The notes: generated from the letters alone by a model not told the origin. A stretch of 64,000 nucleotides of DNA from Chrysomallon squamiferum (GCA_012295275.1 CM022668.1:4464001-4528000); one strand, 5' to 3'. Positions 1 through 22,457 are shown, numbered from the stretch's first letter. Made by a program: numbers and translations.

Positions 1-72
1 TTCAAATACCATGAAATGCCACATAGATCGATAATCAAACAAACAAATAATTAGTCTATTTTTACTACAAAC

Positions 73-2925
<2,853 letters not shown>

Positions 2926-2999
2926 TTTCTGTCTACGAGAAAACGTCTGTTTCAGCACATGCAAGAAAAACTAATAAAGTCATTTATTCACTGCACATA

Positions 3000-3005
3000 T
3001 TTATA
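3000..3005 (-). promoter_or_regulatory. Candidate TATA box of the FReD gene
   Basis: TATAAA on the minus strand about 75 nt upstream of the ATG at 2925. Confidence 0.5.
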
Positions 3006-3143
3006 TCAGAGTTGAAAGTTGTAAAACCCATCTGTGTTTTTACATGTAGCCCAGTCATGATTATACGCATCTGAAATATTATTTTATCATCTATATTTCT
3101 ACGTATATATATGATGTTCTTAATATAAAATATAAAATGCATA

Positions 3144-3177
<34 letters not shown>

Positions 3178-3542
3178 TGCCTTTCTTTGCATGGGCTATC
3201 TCTGTCAATTTTAATAAATACATTCGTAGAAATATGTATACATACAAACATACATACATACGTATCTACATACAGGTCAGTAATATAGAGTGACCACTGC
3301 TTTCCACAATGCACGCTGTTCTTTGTCTTCCGTCATTTTTTGCTTGCGTTTCTTTTCTTCGTTCTTTTATGGGGTGTTTTTAGTAATGAATGTTCTGTTC
3401 TTTAATGTACGTCTGAAACGACTGTGCACATGGACAGAGACAACGTCCAATGACGACCTCACAGACGTCATACGCCGCGGTCGACACTCAAACTTACGAC
3501 ACGTATTCGTCCTGACGTCGTAGACGTACGACGACACCGGTC

Positions 3543-3810
3543 GACCACCGAAACAACAAATAATAGTAACAGTAATAGAGTTGTGACAGTAGTAGTTGTA
3601 ACAGCAGTAGTAGTAGCAATAGTAGTAGAAGTAGTACTAGTTGTAGTGGTAGAAGCAGTAGTAATAATACAGTTTTGACCACCGAAACAACAAATAATAG
3701 TAACAGTAATAGAGTTGTGACAGTAGTAGTTGTAACAGCAGTAGTGGTAGTTGTAGTGGTAGCAGCAGTAGTAACAGTAATAGCAGCAGCAGTAGTAATA
3801 ATACAGTTTT
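3543..3810. repeat. Tandem duplication (~134 bp x2) with a degenerate (AGT)n tract
   Basis: gaccaccgaaacaacaaataatagtaacagtaatagagttgtgacag occurs at 3543 and 3677. Confidence 0.85.
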
Positions 3811-4962
3811 GATAGTTGTGGTAATAGTAGCACTAGTAGTCCTGGTAGTAATACTAACTAATAATAGCATAGTAGTAATAGTACGAACACATGTTGTAAT
3901 ATTATATACTTAGTATAATGAACGTCTGTGTGTCTGTTATTTTATGTCATCAGGGTTAGAATTATTTTACTGTAAGACCGTTTACTGAAGGTTCGAATTT
4001 CTCATGTGCTAGCCAATTTTCTTCTACTTTATTTTACTTTAATTCTCTTTATTTTTAATTCATTTTACTCTATTTTTATTTTTTTTTTTTTGCTTTAATT
4101 CTTTTTACTTTAGTTCATTTTACTTTTTTTTATTTATTTATTTAATTTTACTTTATTTTACTTTATCTTGTTTTATTTCACATTACTTCATTTAACTTTA
4201 TCTCACAGAAAAAAATCGGAACACAGATAACAGAACATTTCAGCAAAATCGACGCTTGCAGATTTATTTTGTATTTCTTCATTTGTTTTTCTTGGGACAT
4301 TCTCCGCGGTTTTCACCGACATCTGCTACATCCGAACAAAAACCAGGGGGAGCAACACTTGAAGAGAACACGAAACTATCAATTTGAAATGTCCATCAAC
4401 CGAATTGGCACATTTCAGGGATCGGACTAATTGGAAATCCAGATTCAATCTGTTCTTCAGTGTGGTGGTTGAACATTTGTTGGTGGCTGTAGACTCAGTG
4501 GTTGGGAAACATTTTTATATCGCGAAAAATCTATTTAAATTTTAATTAATTACATAAATATATATATATATAAGTAACGGACAAATTGTGTGATTTAGTA
4601 AGATTAATCAATAAAACAAATATTTGCGTATTGTTTTTAGAAGAGTAGTTTTGTACTGTTCATTTCTTTCACTGCTGTTACTTACTGCTTATCTCGTTCC
4701 AGGTGATTGACAGAAAAACGATGGGTGGCAGAAACTAAACAGTAAATAAAATATGTTATCTATAACAAACTGGTATTAAACTGAAAGATCACAGGTGTAA
4801 ATCTCCAGGGAGTAGAAAAACAAAACTTAATTAAATATTTTTAAAATCAACGTTGTATTTTTCCACTGTACACGTTGACAAATAAAATCGTTCATAAATT
4901 CTCACATTTCCAGTGTCCACAGAGCTCGTCAAAGTCCCGACTGCAAGAAAGAAAAACAGAAA

Positions 4963-5618
4963 ATGAAATCTGTTCTGATCATTTGTCTGTTGGTTCTATC
5001 ATGTCTGATTGTAGCAGAGCCACACCTTGAACTCTGGGGGTGGGGACACGAGGGACACGAGGGACAACAACAACTACCACTAGTATTACTATGCATCTAC
5101 TACAACAAATGTTATTACTGCTACTTCACAACAACAAATATTAATGCTAATGTTAGTACCAGTTCTGCTGTTTCGAAAGCATTGTCTTCATGATCATTTA
5201 ATTTGATAAATTATATAAAAATTTTGCAATTGCTAAATGTAGAAAGAATGTTAATTGTTACAGATATTGCAGAGCGCTGCCTGTGTGTGATGTATAACAT
5301 GTGTGATATGTAACATATGTGGTTACTTACGTAATATGTGATTTTGCTACTTATCCCGTTCTGGCCAGGAATCTCTTTCTGACTTGCTCTTTCTTTTGTT
5401 ACGCATTCTTATCGAGTGTGATTTATGACGTATTTTTGTTGCTGGTCGTTAACAGTATTCTTTGACTATGAAAACAATAATTAATATATTATGCACATTT
5501 AAATAAAAATAATAATAAATAAATAAATAAAAAAAAACAAAAAAAAAAAAAAAAAAAAAAAAAAGATTAATAAAAATGAAATGAAATAAAATGAAATAAA
5601 ATAAAATATAAAATTAAA

Positions 5619-5672
<54 letters not shown>

Positions 5673-6098
5673 TTATTATTTTATTTTTTTATTTGTTTTA
5701 ATTATTTTTTCGATGTTGATTATTTATTTAAGAGCCCCAGATCAAGTTTGACCACGGCTACTACTACTACTACTACATCTACGTTATTGTTGGTGTTGTT
5801 TTTCTTTTATAGTTCTTGTTGTTCTTATTGTAAAATATTACTGTTAAAAAATATCTGAACGCCACCATTTTCTAGCCTCAATACAGGAACAATGACGTCA
5901 CCGCGTACAGTGGCAGATCAGCAAATTGATTTTTTTCAAACAGCGCTGACTAATTTATGACTGATATTGACTACACTGCACATAAACACGTCATAGCTAC
6001 GAAAATATGACGATGACCAAATATTTATTTATTGTACTGCTGTTGTTAAATTAAACATATTCAGTTTGTCCTATACACACACACAAAAAGCTATAAAA

Positions 6099-6129
<31 letters not shown>

Positions 6130-8245
6130 AAATCTCACAGCTTTTTCTAAAATACTGAAAGAGGAATAACACTGTATTTCAGAAGTGAAATACTGCAAGT
6201 GAAAGTTGACTGTCTGAAAAAAGAGTTAGACGACTGTGAATCACAAGGTAAGAAATGTGTGACTCTCTCTTTCACACATACACACACACTACACGCAAAG
6301 TGAGATACCCACACATAAACACATACATACATGGACACTATCGGTTCATCAATAAAACATATTATGGTCATATTAAATCATACACAGACATGAATACATA
6401 CACACACACACATGAATACATACACACACACGTACATACAGGTTCAGATACCCATATGCAGATACACACACACCCATACATACGTACATACACGCATATT
6501 CAGAAACACACATACAGACACACATATACATGTTTACAGAGAGACAATAGCTGAATCAAGATTAATAAAATGTGTTACATCTCTGATCTATCTTATACTG
6601 TCAAATATAATGTATGAAACACTTGAATAGTTTTGATTTCTTGAAATATCGTTTAAAAACGTTATTCACTTCAAAATATTCTAATATATTCTACTTATCT
6701 TCTAGGTACATACATTCCTTCAAACATACATACATTAATACAGACATACAAAAATTGATGTAAGATGATAGAATTTCATCACACATGTATCTGGTTTTTC
6801 TTACAATATATAATATAAATATATGTAAATAGCTTTCATAGATAAAAATATCGTTGGAAAACTTTATGAAATTGATTCTTAATTGTATTTCACTTTTATA
6901 TTGAAGCTCCTACAACAAGTAAGTTTTTTTATTATTAATTTTTATTTTGAATTATTTAATCAAAAATACATCGAAATATGCAAAAAGGAAAAAAAAACAA
7001 CAACAAACAAACAAAAAAAAACACACCCAACAACATATATCCATAAATACCTATATACATACATGCACGCACGTACGTATGCCTACATAGATACACCTAA
7101 ACACAACGTTATCAGTGTTCGGAGTGCAGGCGAATGTGTGTCGCACGTTTGAGTCTCTGAAGTCGTGATTGGAACGTGCTGTCCTGTGTCAGTGTTTCCA
7201 AGTTCAGCGTCTGATTAGACGAACACAGGACAGGCAGTATTCAAACCCTCAAATACATGCATACATACACAAACTCACATATACAGCTACACACTGAGAT
7301 ACACATACACACATACATGCATACACAAAATAGATTCACATACACACACAGACACACACACATACATGCATACACAAAATAGATGCACATACACACACAA
7401 ACAAACACACATACATTCATACATCTATACATACACACATGTATCTAGCTACACACTGAGATACACATACACACATACATGCATACACAAAATAGATTCA
7501 CATACACACAGACACACACACACACACATACATGCATACAGACAGACAATACATGAAGCAATGTGAATGAAGTGTCTTATATCTCCATTTGACGTTTTGT
7601 TATACCGTCAAATATAAATAAATATAACATACGAAACACAAAATGAATTTCATAAAATAGCGTTGAAAAATGTTCTACACTTTGAAACTCTCTGATGTAT
7701 TTTTTATCTCTTTTATACTGAAGTAAGTTTCGAAATAATAAATTCTTGATACGTACATTCGTTCATATTTTATAGATACATACACAAACATATTAACACA
7801 GACAAAGCTGATGTAAGATGATTAAATTTCACCACACATGTATCTGGCTTTTCTTACAGTATAAAATATCAATATATGTAAATAGCATTTATGAAATTGA
7901 AAATTAATTGTATTTCCCATTTGTATTATAGCTCCTGCAACAAGTAAGTTTTATTACAATTTTTTCTTTTGAATTTTCATACAAATTCATCGAAACATAA
8001 ATGCATGTGCCTGTACAAAGATGCCTACATATAAAATATTTTATTATGTGTTCTTTTGATTTTTCGTTATACAAATATATCGAAACAAACAAACTTAAAC
8101 GTGCATGCATAATCCGTACATGTATACACAGATACATATATATACACACACACACACATACATACTTACATACCAATATATACATACAAATTTCACACAT
8201 ACATATACAGACACGTAGATTCATTCATTCATACTTACATACATG

Positions 8246-8325
<80 letters not shown>

Positions 8326-8861
8326 AGAATGTTCTGATATTTAAAATACACTTGTACATAACCCAATTTAAACAAATGAAACTGTAATAAACCATTTGCA
8401 TGATAATAAATAAAATTCTTCTGTCATTATTTCATTTAAATTTTAAATCTATTTTACTTGGTTTTTGATCTGTCTGTACAGCTACCAGTCTGTATGCCTG
8501 TCTCTATGATATAATGAATGCACATAATATCAACATAGTTCACAGTAGTTAACTACTGAGATTTATTATACATGTATCATTAACAGCTAATTTAAATTAT
8601 TGTTTTAGGGATCCCTAGCGTTCTCAACTATTTTTCTCCTTTTACTTTTTATTCTACCTGACATATTTTTATTTAATTCTCTCTTCAGACATGACATTAA
8701 TTTAATTAAATTTAATTTATTTTTTATTTTTTTTTTTTATCGATTATCTAAACAAATAAGACAAGATAATTAAAAAACAACTGATGTTTTAAAAACGTAA
8801 TTAAATGTGAAACTGAATACCTCAATGTTTACTCCATGTTTTTGATGTTAAAAAATATACC

Positions 8862-8923
<62 letters not shown>

Positions 8924-9059
8924 CAAACGATTTATCTTGTGTTTTCTTTTTCTTTCGCTTCAAGCTGCACCTGATAAGGATTGTTTTATTAATTAAATAG
9001 TATTTATTTATTTATTTAGTTAGTTAGTTATTAGTTAGCTTTATATTTAGTTATATTAT

Positions 9060-9154
<95 letters not shown>

Positions 9155-9381
9155 ATTGTAAATACGCTTCTTTCTGTAGAAACATGTTGATATTAAATAT
9201 GAAATAATATCTAATTTTATTTCAATATATTGATGTTAGCATAAAAATATTTGCATGCACACAAACAGAATGTCTATTTATGAAAAAATACATACATACA
9301 TTCATATATATATTCATACATACAGATACACACACATACATATACATAAATATAAAATATAGATAAATAAAAAATTAATAT

Positions 9382-9454
<73 letters not shown>

Positions 9455-9901
9455 TCAATGTATGTAAATATACACACACACACGATCAATGTATGTAAAT
9501 ATACTGGTATTTCAGCATGCGACAGACATCTAGTTCAAGTTTCAGGATGCTATGTGAGAGAGGTTTGTGTGAAAGCTGATTACGTAGATACCAATTATCT
9601 CTGTGAGGATCCAAGTCACGAGTGCTGCTTTGGTTTTTGTATCCTTTCACGTCCGCGTAATTCAGGTTCAGCTAAATTTCCACCAAGAATCAAAGTGAAA
9701 CTGTCCATCTTTGTATAATATTTCACTAAATTAATGTGTTTCGTTAAACATATTTATCACAATTAATTTTATTTTATAGATTATACTGTAAATAATGTCT
9801 AGTCTTCTTGCCTTTGTGTGATTGAACTTAAAAACAAACATCTGTTTTGCTCGTTTTTCTAATTCCACTGTCTGTTTTGTTTCCTTCCAGACATGGGATA
9901 G
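4963..9901 (+). pseudogene. Copy A of the coiled-coil/micro-exon/six-Cys secreted family (MKS-type N-terminus); probably damaged
   Basis: Exon 1 from 4963 (MKSVLIICLLVLSCLIVAEPHLELWGWGHE) lacks the paralogous 3' end and donor. Exon 2 6183-6247 (SEILQVKVDCLKKELDDCESQ). Micro-exons 6907-6918 and 7932-7943, plus a 9-nt exon at 8965-8973 whose donor is AT instead of GT. Head exon 9516-9632 (CDRHLVQVSGCYVREVCVKADYVDTNYLCEDPSHECCF) with a weak donor. Last exon 9891-9901 (DMG*). Confidence 0.7.
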
Positions 9902-10244
9902 AAGAGAAATCTGGAGGATAGCCCGACAAGCAGTCATATCAATGATACGAAATAAATAAAATTATAAAAATATTTTTACTTTGGGTTATATCTCTTAATT
10001 ACCTTTGGTAGTAGGTATAGTATTATAAGCTGTATTATTATTATTATTGTAGTAGTACCTGTAGTATGAGCTCTAGTATTACAAGCGCTAGCAGTAGCAG
10101 TACAAATTACTATATTTTAGCTTCTTTTACTTTTATTTTATTTTTTATTTTATTTAGTATTTTATCACATATTCATGTATTTGGCCATTCCACCAACACT
10201 AAATGTTTAGAATGATGATGATGATAACAATAATAATAATAATA

Positions 10245-10301
<57 letters not shown>

Positions 10302-10537
10302 TAATAATAATAATGATAATGATGATTATGACCATGATAATAATAATGATAATGATGATGATTATGATAATAATATTAATAATGATGATGACAACAATAA
10401 TGAAAACGACGATGATGATAATAATAATTTTAAATAAGTTCTGGTATAATGGAATAATATACGATGGAGATTCTGAAGTAAAACTCACTCACTTGTGGTG
10501 TGTCAATATAATTTGGGGTATCAGTGACCTTATACAG

Positions 10538-11100
10538 GTCACGTGATAGGTGTGATATATTTAATTAATAATACCCACACCAGTATCGTCACCATAACCA
10601 TCGAGATCAACATGCGTTATAAAAACAAAACACAACAACAACAACAATAATAATATTAATAATAATAAAAATAATTCAGCCACAAACTATCACACTTACC
10701 ATCATAAAAGCAAGAAATCTTAATATCTGTCAACTAAAATTAATTTTGTGCTAGCAGCATGGGTCTCAGATCAGTTGATAGATATTTTGTTAATTTAAAA
10801 ACAGAGCGATGAACAGACGAGCTGTCACATGATGTACCGGGAAGAACTGACCGAAAAATCTGAAGGTGACACATGGTGAAGAATGAGACAAAAATATAAA
10901 AATAAAATAAAAATGGAGAGAGAACGATATACTGCAACTTAATATTGTTTCCGTAACCTATCGCGACTGTCACGTGACAGAGTGAAACGTGATGCGTTTG
11001 AAATGACGTTGAAAAGTTAGTATCCCAAATTTTGTAATCATTCTAACGACCTATTTTCTTTTCAACGTCATATCAGTGACGTTTCACCTAGTCACGTGAG
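10538..11100. promoter_or_regulatory. Cluster of CACGTG/CATGTG E-boxes and TGACGT half-sites upstream of copy B (repeated upstream of C, G, H, I)
   Basis: gtcacgtga near 10538 and 11091, perfect palindrome ctgtcacgtgacag at 10967-10980, gtcacatga near 10825, all in an AT-rich background. Confidence 0.45.
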
Positions 11101-11259
11101 AGTCATGAAAGATTACACTAATAATATTTATCTAAAATAATCATTAACACTAGTTATAGTAACAGGAACAACAACAGTACTAAAAACGACAATAATAATG
11201 TCATTAATAACAACACTAATACCATTATTAATATTGTTTCTTATAATAATAATAATAAC

Positions 11260-11294
<35 letters not shown>

Positions 11295-11710
11295 TCATGA
11301 AAATAATAATATGTTTATCGATAGAATTAAAGCAATATATGAAAATCCGAACAATAAGAAAAATATTAATGTACAGAAATGAAATGTAATTAAAAAAAAA
11401 AAAGAAAAAAAAGAAAAACGATAAAAAGAAAAAAGTGAACGAACAAATGAGTAAATAAATAAAGAAAGAGGAAAACTTCTTTCGCCCATTTCCAAATAAA
11501 ACAGAGAAATCAGTTTGTTTTGTGGTAGGTGAAAAAAGGGAACCACGCAGGGAAAAAGAAAATATGTTTATTACACGTAACAGCTGATGTATTTAAATTA
11601 AAATATACTGGACGGTTTCTTTCAAATGCTTGAAAAATAGTTCAATAAATAGGTGACCTTTTTTCATATTTATTTTCTCTCGAGTCACGTTCGCACGTTT
11701 CAGTAACATT

Positions 11711-11716
11711 TATAAA
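11711..11716 (+). promoter_or_regulatory. TATA box of copy B (homologues: C 19247-19252; G 41705-41710, H 49194-49199, I 56579-56584 on minus)
   Basis: TATAAA 80 nt upstream of the ATG, at the same position in five copies. Confidence 0.65.
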
Positions 11717-11790
11717 CGGCTCCACCTTTCTCAGAATAAGTCAGTCGATAACGAATTCGTAGAAAGAAGTTAAAACAAGACTCAGTAACT

Positions 11791-15811
<4,021 letters not shown>

Positions 15812-15922
15812 AAGACTTCAGAAAGAAAATTCAGTGATGTTAATGATAAGAAATCAATAAAAATGTGAAAATATTACTTCTCTTTATTTTAATTTTCTAT
15901 TAAATAATTTATAAATTTATTA

Positions 15923-15975
<53 letters not shown>

Positions 15976-17781
15976 TTATTTTTTTTAAAGTAAGATTAAA
16001 TTAGTAGCAATAATTATTTTCGTAAGATTATTTGCTTTAGCATTTACGTTTAAAAACTGAGACACTGTCTTGTAATTAGGCTACTGAGAAATGCACCCTG
16101 TATCGTAGACAATTATTTTCACAATGAAACATATAATATTATTTGCAATATCATCAGCAATATCATCAGCAATATTAAATTTGGAAAATAATAATAATAA
16201 TAACTGCAGCAAAGGCAGTTTAAACAAACTGCTATTGTGTACTATATTGTTAATTTAATTCCAAATTTCTAACGTGAGCTATGTCTAAAATGACATACAT
16301 GAAGAACAGATAATCAGGGTGAGTTATAAATATGGTGACGTTCTAAACTGTAGAAATCTGTTTAGGCCCAATGTCTTTAGCACTATCACTTAATAAATCA
16401 CTTGATAACTAAACTGAAATCTTACAGGCTCTGACACGATGTTAATAACTAACTGAATTGGTCAATAATAAATTCAGTAGTAGCAACAATAGTAGTAGAA
16501 TTCTAATAGAGGTTACAGTAGTAGTAGGAATAGTGGTGTAGAAAACAGCAGTAGTGGTAGTAGTAGTAGAACAAGCAGAAAATCATGGCAATCCTTCATT
16601 ATTAGTAGTAAAATATTACTAGAGACTTCTTTACATTCTGTAGCATTTATTTAACTTATTTGTTCAGTCTAAAATCTCTGTATATGTGATTAGTGTGTGC
16701 ATTTTCTAACATCTCTGTCTTTACAGTAATGCCCTACGAAAACGGATGTTATTATGGTGGCTTGGCATCCTGAACTTTACTACTTTATATTATATTATAT
16801 TATATTATATTGTATTATATTATATGAGTAAAATAAATAAAAAATGTTATAAAATAGCGTTACGTAAAGTAAAATAAAAATTAAATTGAAGACAAGTTAA
16901 GTAAGTAATAGTAAAGTAAAAATAAAGAAAGAAAGAAAGAACTTCTAATGTAAATTAATCTAAAGTAAAATAAATAAAGTAAACCATAGTAAAATGAAAA
17001 TACAATATAAACAATAATACAAATAAAAAGAACAAAAACAGAAACGAAACTTATCCAAACTTAGGTGTCATTTATTTTGTCAAATTGTAAAATACATAAA
17101 TTTAAAGTGTTTCTGCAATGGTATGAAGAAAATCGTCTAATAAAATGATTTATATTTCCTAATTTGTATCTCTTTTATTTGATGCGGTCTATCATGTATG
17201 ATGAACTCTGACAATGATTCATTGCGCATCTGCTTATGTACAAATGCATATATTGTAACATTAGTGCTGGAAATAGGCGAAAGAAGTCTTTCTTTCTTTC
17301 TTACTTTATTTCTTTATTCATTTGTTCGTTCACTTATTTCTATTAGCGGTTTTTGTGGGGATTTTTGTTTGATTTTTTATCTTTGATTTCGTTATATTAA
17401 CATTTTCCTATTGATTAGACCTTCATACATTGCTTTAATTCTTTTGACAAGCAGTCATGTCAATGATACGAAATAAATAAAATTATAAAAATATTTTTAC
17501 TTTGGGTTATCTCTCTTAATTACCTTTGGTAGTAGGTATAGTATTATAAGCTGTATTATTATTATTATTGTAGTAGTACCTGTAGTATGAGCTCTAGTAT
17601 TACAAGAGCTAGCAGTAGCAGTACAAATTACTATATTTTAGCTTCTTTTACTTTTATTTTATTTTTTATTTTATTTAGTATTTTATCACATATTCAAATG
17701 CGAACTTCATGTATTTGGCCATTCCACCAACACTAAATGTTTAGAATGATGATGATGATAATAATAATAATAATAATAATA

Positions 17782-17835
<54 letters not shown>

Positions 17836-18794
17836 GATTATCACCATGATAATAATAATGATAATGATGATGATTATGATAATAATATTAATAATGATGA
17901 TGACAACAATAATGAAAACGACGATGATGATAATAATAATTTTAAATATGTTCTGGTATAATGGAATAATATACGATGGAGATTCTGAAGTAAAACTCAC
18001 TCACTTGTGGTGTGTCAATGTAATTTGGGGTATCAATGACCTTATACAGGTCACGTGATAGGTGTGATATATTTAATTAATAATACCCACACCAGTATCG
18101 TCACCATAACCATCGAGATCAACATGCGTTATAAAAACAAAACAACAACAACAACAACAACAACAATAATAATAATATTAATAATAATACAAATAATTCA
18201 GCCACAAACTATCACACTTACCATCATAAAAGCAAGAAATCTTAATATCTGTCAACTAAAATTAATTTTGTGCTAGCAGCATGGGTCTCAGATCAGTTGA
18301 TAGATATTTTGTTAATTTAAAAACAGAGCGATGAACAGACGAGCTGTCACATGATATACCGGGAAGAACTGACCGAAAAATCTGAAGGTGACACATGGTG
18401 AAGAATGAGACAAAAATATAAAAATAAAATAAAAATGGAGAGAGAACGATATACTGCAACTTAATATTGTTTCCATAACCTATCGCGACTGTCACGTGAC
18501 AGAGTGAAACGTGATGCGTTTGAAATGACGTTGAAAAGTTAGTATCCCAAATTTTGTAATCATTCTAACGACCTATTTTCTTTTCAACGTCATATCAGTG
18601 ACGTTTCACCTAGTCACGTGAGAGTCATGAAAGATTACACTAATAATATTTATCTAAAATAATCATTAACACTAGTTATAGTAACAGGAACAACAACAGT
18701 ACTAAAAAACGACAATAATAATGTCATTAATAACAACACTAATACCATTATTAATATTGTTTCTTATAACAATAATAATAACAATAATAATAAC

Positions 18795-18832
<38 letters not shown>

Positions 18833-18925
18833 TCATGAAAATAATAATATGTTTATCGATAGAATTAAAGCAATATATGAAAATCCGAACAATAAGAAAA
18901 ATATTAATGTACAGAAATGAAATGT

Positions 18926-18965
<40 letters not shown>

Positions 18966-19326
18966 AAAAAGTGAACGAACAAATGAGTAAATAAATAAAG
19001 AAAGAGGAAAACTTCTTTCGCCCATTTCCAAATAAAACAGAGAAATCAGTTTGTTTTGTGGTAGGTGAAAAAAGGGAATCACGCAGGGAAAAAGAAAATA
19101 TGTTTATTACACGTAACAGCTGATGTATTTAAATTTAAATATACTGGAAGGTTTATTTCAAATGCTTGAAAAATAGTTCAATAAATAGGTGACCTTTTTT
19201 CATATTTATTTTCTCTCGAGTCACGTTCGCACATTTCAGTAACATTTATAAACGGCTCCACCTTTCTCAGAATAAGTCAGTCGGTAAGGAATTCGTAGAA
19301 AGAAGTTAAAACGAGACTCAGTAACC

Positions 19327-19427
19327 ATGAAAATATTTCTATTTGTCGTCGTCGTAGCATGTTTGACTACAGTGGAGTCACATGGAAGTTGGTGGGGCAA
19401 ACATTTCTGGGACAGCTGCACTCAAAG
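19327..19427 (+). CDS. Copy C exon 1 (rest lost in the assembly gap)
   Basis: MKIFLFVVVVACLTTVESHGSWWGKHFWDSCTQR followed by donor gtaaat; intron 1 runs into the N gap. Matches copy G exon 1. Confidence 0.85.
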
Positions 19428-20022
19428 GTAAATTTATTTATTTTGTTGTTTGAAATTAACTTCGCTGTTAACAATGTTTTTGTTCTGTTCTTGTTCGTTT
19501 TGTTTTTTCTTGTCTGTTTGTTCTTTCTATTATTTATTTATTTATTTAATTATTTATTTGATTTATATTAGTTTTATTTTTTAATGTTATTTGTTTTTTT
19601 TCAGAATTTATTGGTTCTCAATAGTTAAATATAATAAATTTCATATTTACATTACTTAATACGATTCGAACAGACTTTCTAAAATAAATAATCTACAGTA
19701 CAAGGTTACTATTTCATTATCTGAGCAATGTGTCATTACTCCTTATAATATATAACAATAAAATATTAGCATTAAAAAAAGAAAAGAAAAAAAAGGAACA
19801 ACATTTAACGTCTCCATTTCACTCGTTCACAATTGGAGTCCTACTTGTTCAAATATTTATTGCGGAGCCAAACTCTAAATTTACACTTTGAATACAAAAT
19901 TAACGTAGAGATCAAGGGTGTTAGTATAAGATGCTATATGTCTGAAATAAGTTACTGGAAGTTTTGTGCTATTTTAGAAAACAACATTTAGATCTTGTTC
20001 CCATATAAAAGATCTCGATACA

Positions 20023-20222
20023 NNNNNNNNNNNNNNNNNNNNNNNNNNNNNNNNNNNNNNNNNNNNNNNNNNNNNNNNNNNNNNNNNNNNNNNNNNNNNN
20101 NNNNNNNNNNNNNNNNNNNNNNNNNNNNNNNNNNNNNNNNNNNNNNNNNNNNNNNNNNNNNNNNNNNNNNNNNNNNNNNNNNNNNNNNNNNNNNNNNNNN
20201 NNNNNNNNNNNNNNNNNNNNNN
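20023..20222. other. Assembly gap (200 N)
   Basis: Run of N; gene orientation switches from plus to minus across it. Confidence 0.99.
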
Positions 20223-21317
20223 AATCTAGTCAAAGCTTACAAACTCATCCTGTAAGAGCCTGTAAGATTTCAGTTTAGTTATCACACAATTTTATTATCT
20301 GTTAATGCTCAAGAAATCGGGTCTATAAAGATTTCAGTAGTTTAGGGCTTCGCCGTGTTCATAACTCACACTAACTGTTTTCTCTGTTCTCTAAATCCAG
20401 TTTGTACATAATTTACTAAAATATTCTGCGGACAGTTGCTCGTAATGACATGACTGTGTGTTATTTTCTATATATAAATGTCAAAATAAATCATTTTAAG
20501 ACTAGTCTAATTTTTCAATAATTTCTTCGTGTTATGGAAAAAAAAAAAAAAAAAAACGATAAGAAAAGCCATGATACACAATGTAAGACTGTTATATACT
20601 GGAAATACTTAGGATGATGATAATCATGAAAAACGTCAGGCCTACTGAAACACAGCCAGCCTTTTCAGAACAAACACAACCAGATCTATCCCAGTTTCAA
20701 CAGGACGAATCAACAGAGAAGAAAGGTAATATTTTTACCGAGACTCGTACTCGCTAATTTTGCAATGAGTGACAGCTGTCAAAACGGAGACATACAAAAA
20801 TAGGAAAACAATGGATGTTCGTTTGACAGGACGATGGACAGTGCCTCGTTTTCATTTTGTGACACGAGATCCCGAGATCCGTCTTCTCTAGATTCTTGGT
20901 TTTTGAAAACATTTGTATCGTAACAGTAGCGAAGGACATTTTTACCATTGAGGTTAAATCAATGTAAACACAAAATAATGAAAATTTGGGAATCCTCGTG
21001 AAAAAGACAGAAGACTTTTCTAGAAATAGCCATTTCAGTAACATTGACCATTTGGACATTTGAATAATGACGGACACTAACATTTGTGAGATTTAACAAA
21101 TGTAAATGCTAATGTTGTTTCTATTGTTGTTACTATTACACTTCGCTACAATTAACTCTAACACTACTACTGTAGAAAATAAATAAATAAATAAATAAGT
21201 TAATTTATTAATTTTGAAAGAATAAAGATAAAGAGTAATGATGCTTTCATACATTTATTTCTTACTAATATGACTGTGTTTCCTTTTTCAAGTTTTTCTC
21301 CAGATTTTTCAGCTTTA

Positions 21318-22422
21318 TCACGGCTGTAATAAGAGTAGAAAAAATGGGATTAGAAAACAAAATTAGATACTGTCAACCATGTTTGTACTTTGCTACTAAA
21401 TTCTAATAAATATGACAGGTAATCTTGAAAGAATTTACATAATTTACAGTATACTGTTAAAAACAAAATAACAAAGTATTTTTATGAAAGTAAAATATTG
21501 TAAGAGGCAAAACTAATAATTCCTCTCCTTGAAATAAATAAATAAATTTATAAAGTTAGGCGGACGTGAAAGGAAACACCAATAATCTCCAATGAATTAA
21601 CAAGAAGTTACCAAGCAGCACAGTTCAGATGCATCCTCGCACACGTAGCCTACAGCTTCAATGCCATTAGCGACGCTACACATTGCTGATGACATGCATA
21701 CGGAGTCTTCATCTGAATGATCCGCACAGGCTAAAAAGAAAATTAAAAAGAAAAAATGAAAAAATCAAAACAAAGAAAATAATTAAAATAGAGTTCTTTT
21801 CTCTTTTTCTCTCTCTCTCTTTCTTTACCACTCTCTCCCTCGGTCTCTCTGCAACTCTCTCTGTTTCTCTCTCAGTCATTCTCTTTCTTTCTCTCTTTTT
21901 TCTCTGTAACTCTCTCTCTGTCTCTATCTGTGTTTGTCTTACTGTTCTCTCTGTTTCTGTCTGAGTCTTTTTCTCTGTCTCTGTCACTTAAACACACAAA
22001 AGCACACAGAAACATTGTTTTATTCGTAATTTGTCATTCTGCTTTTGTGAATATATGAATGTATGTATATATGTGCATTTCTGGCTACCTGCAGTGTTTA
22101 TATAAATCTAAAGTAAGTAATTCTCAAAAATATACTTACCAGCTGATAGAGACAGATGACAACAGAGAGAGGACAAGAAAGACAAAATAAGAAACAGAAG
22201 AAGGGATAGAAAAACAGAGCAAGAAAAAACAAACAACAAGAGAGACAGAACAAGAGACAAGAAATACAAGAGAGTGGAGCAAGGAACAGAACAATTCAGA
22301 AAAAGAAGATAACGAATGAAAGAGAACATCTGAGAGAGAGATAGAGAGAGAGAGACAGAGAGAAATAGACAGAGAGAGAGATAGACAGAGAGAGAGACAC
22401 ACACAAACAGAGAGAGAGAGAG

Positions 22423-22457
<35 letters not shown>

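Noticed and set aside
4230-4520. Mixed-composition stretch that might be an exon
   Set aside because: No convincing ORF with splice sites; probably a repeat fragment.
7108-7242. GC-richer patch in an A intron with a short inverted repeat (ctgtcctgtg / cacaggacag)
   Set aside because: Stops in the frames tested, no family Cys pattern and no recognisable RNA or transposon; not enough to call.
8482-8491. Possible micro-exon cag|ctaccagtct|gtatgc in A
   Set aside because: 10 nt is not frame-preserving and there is no homologue in other copies.
10207-10546. Poly-Ile/Met/Asn and poly-RE/SL ORFs throughout the window
   Set aside because: Products of (ATT)n, (ATG)n and (GA)n microsatellites.
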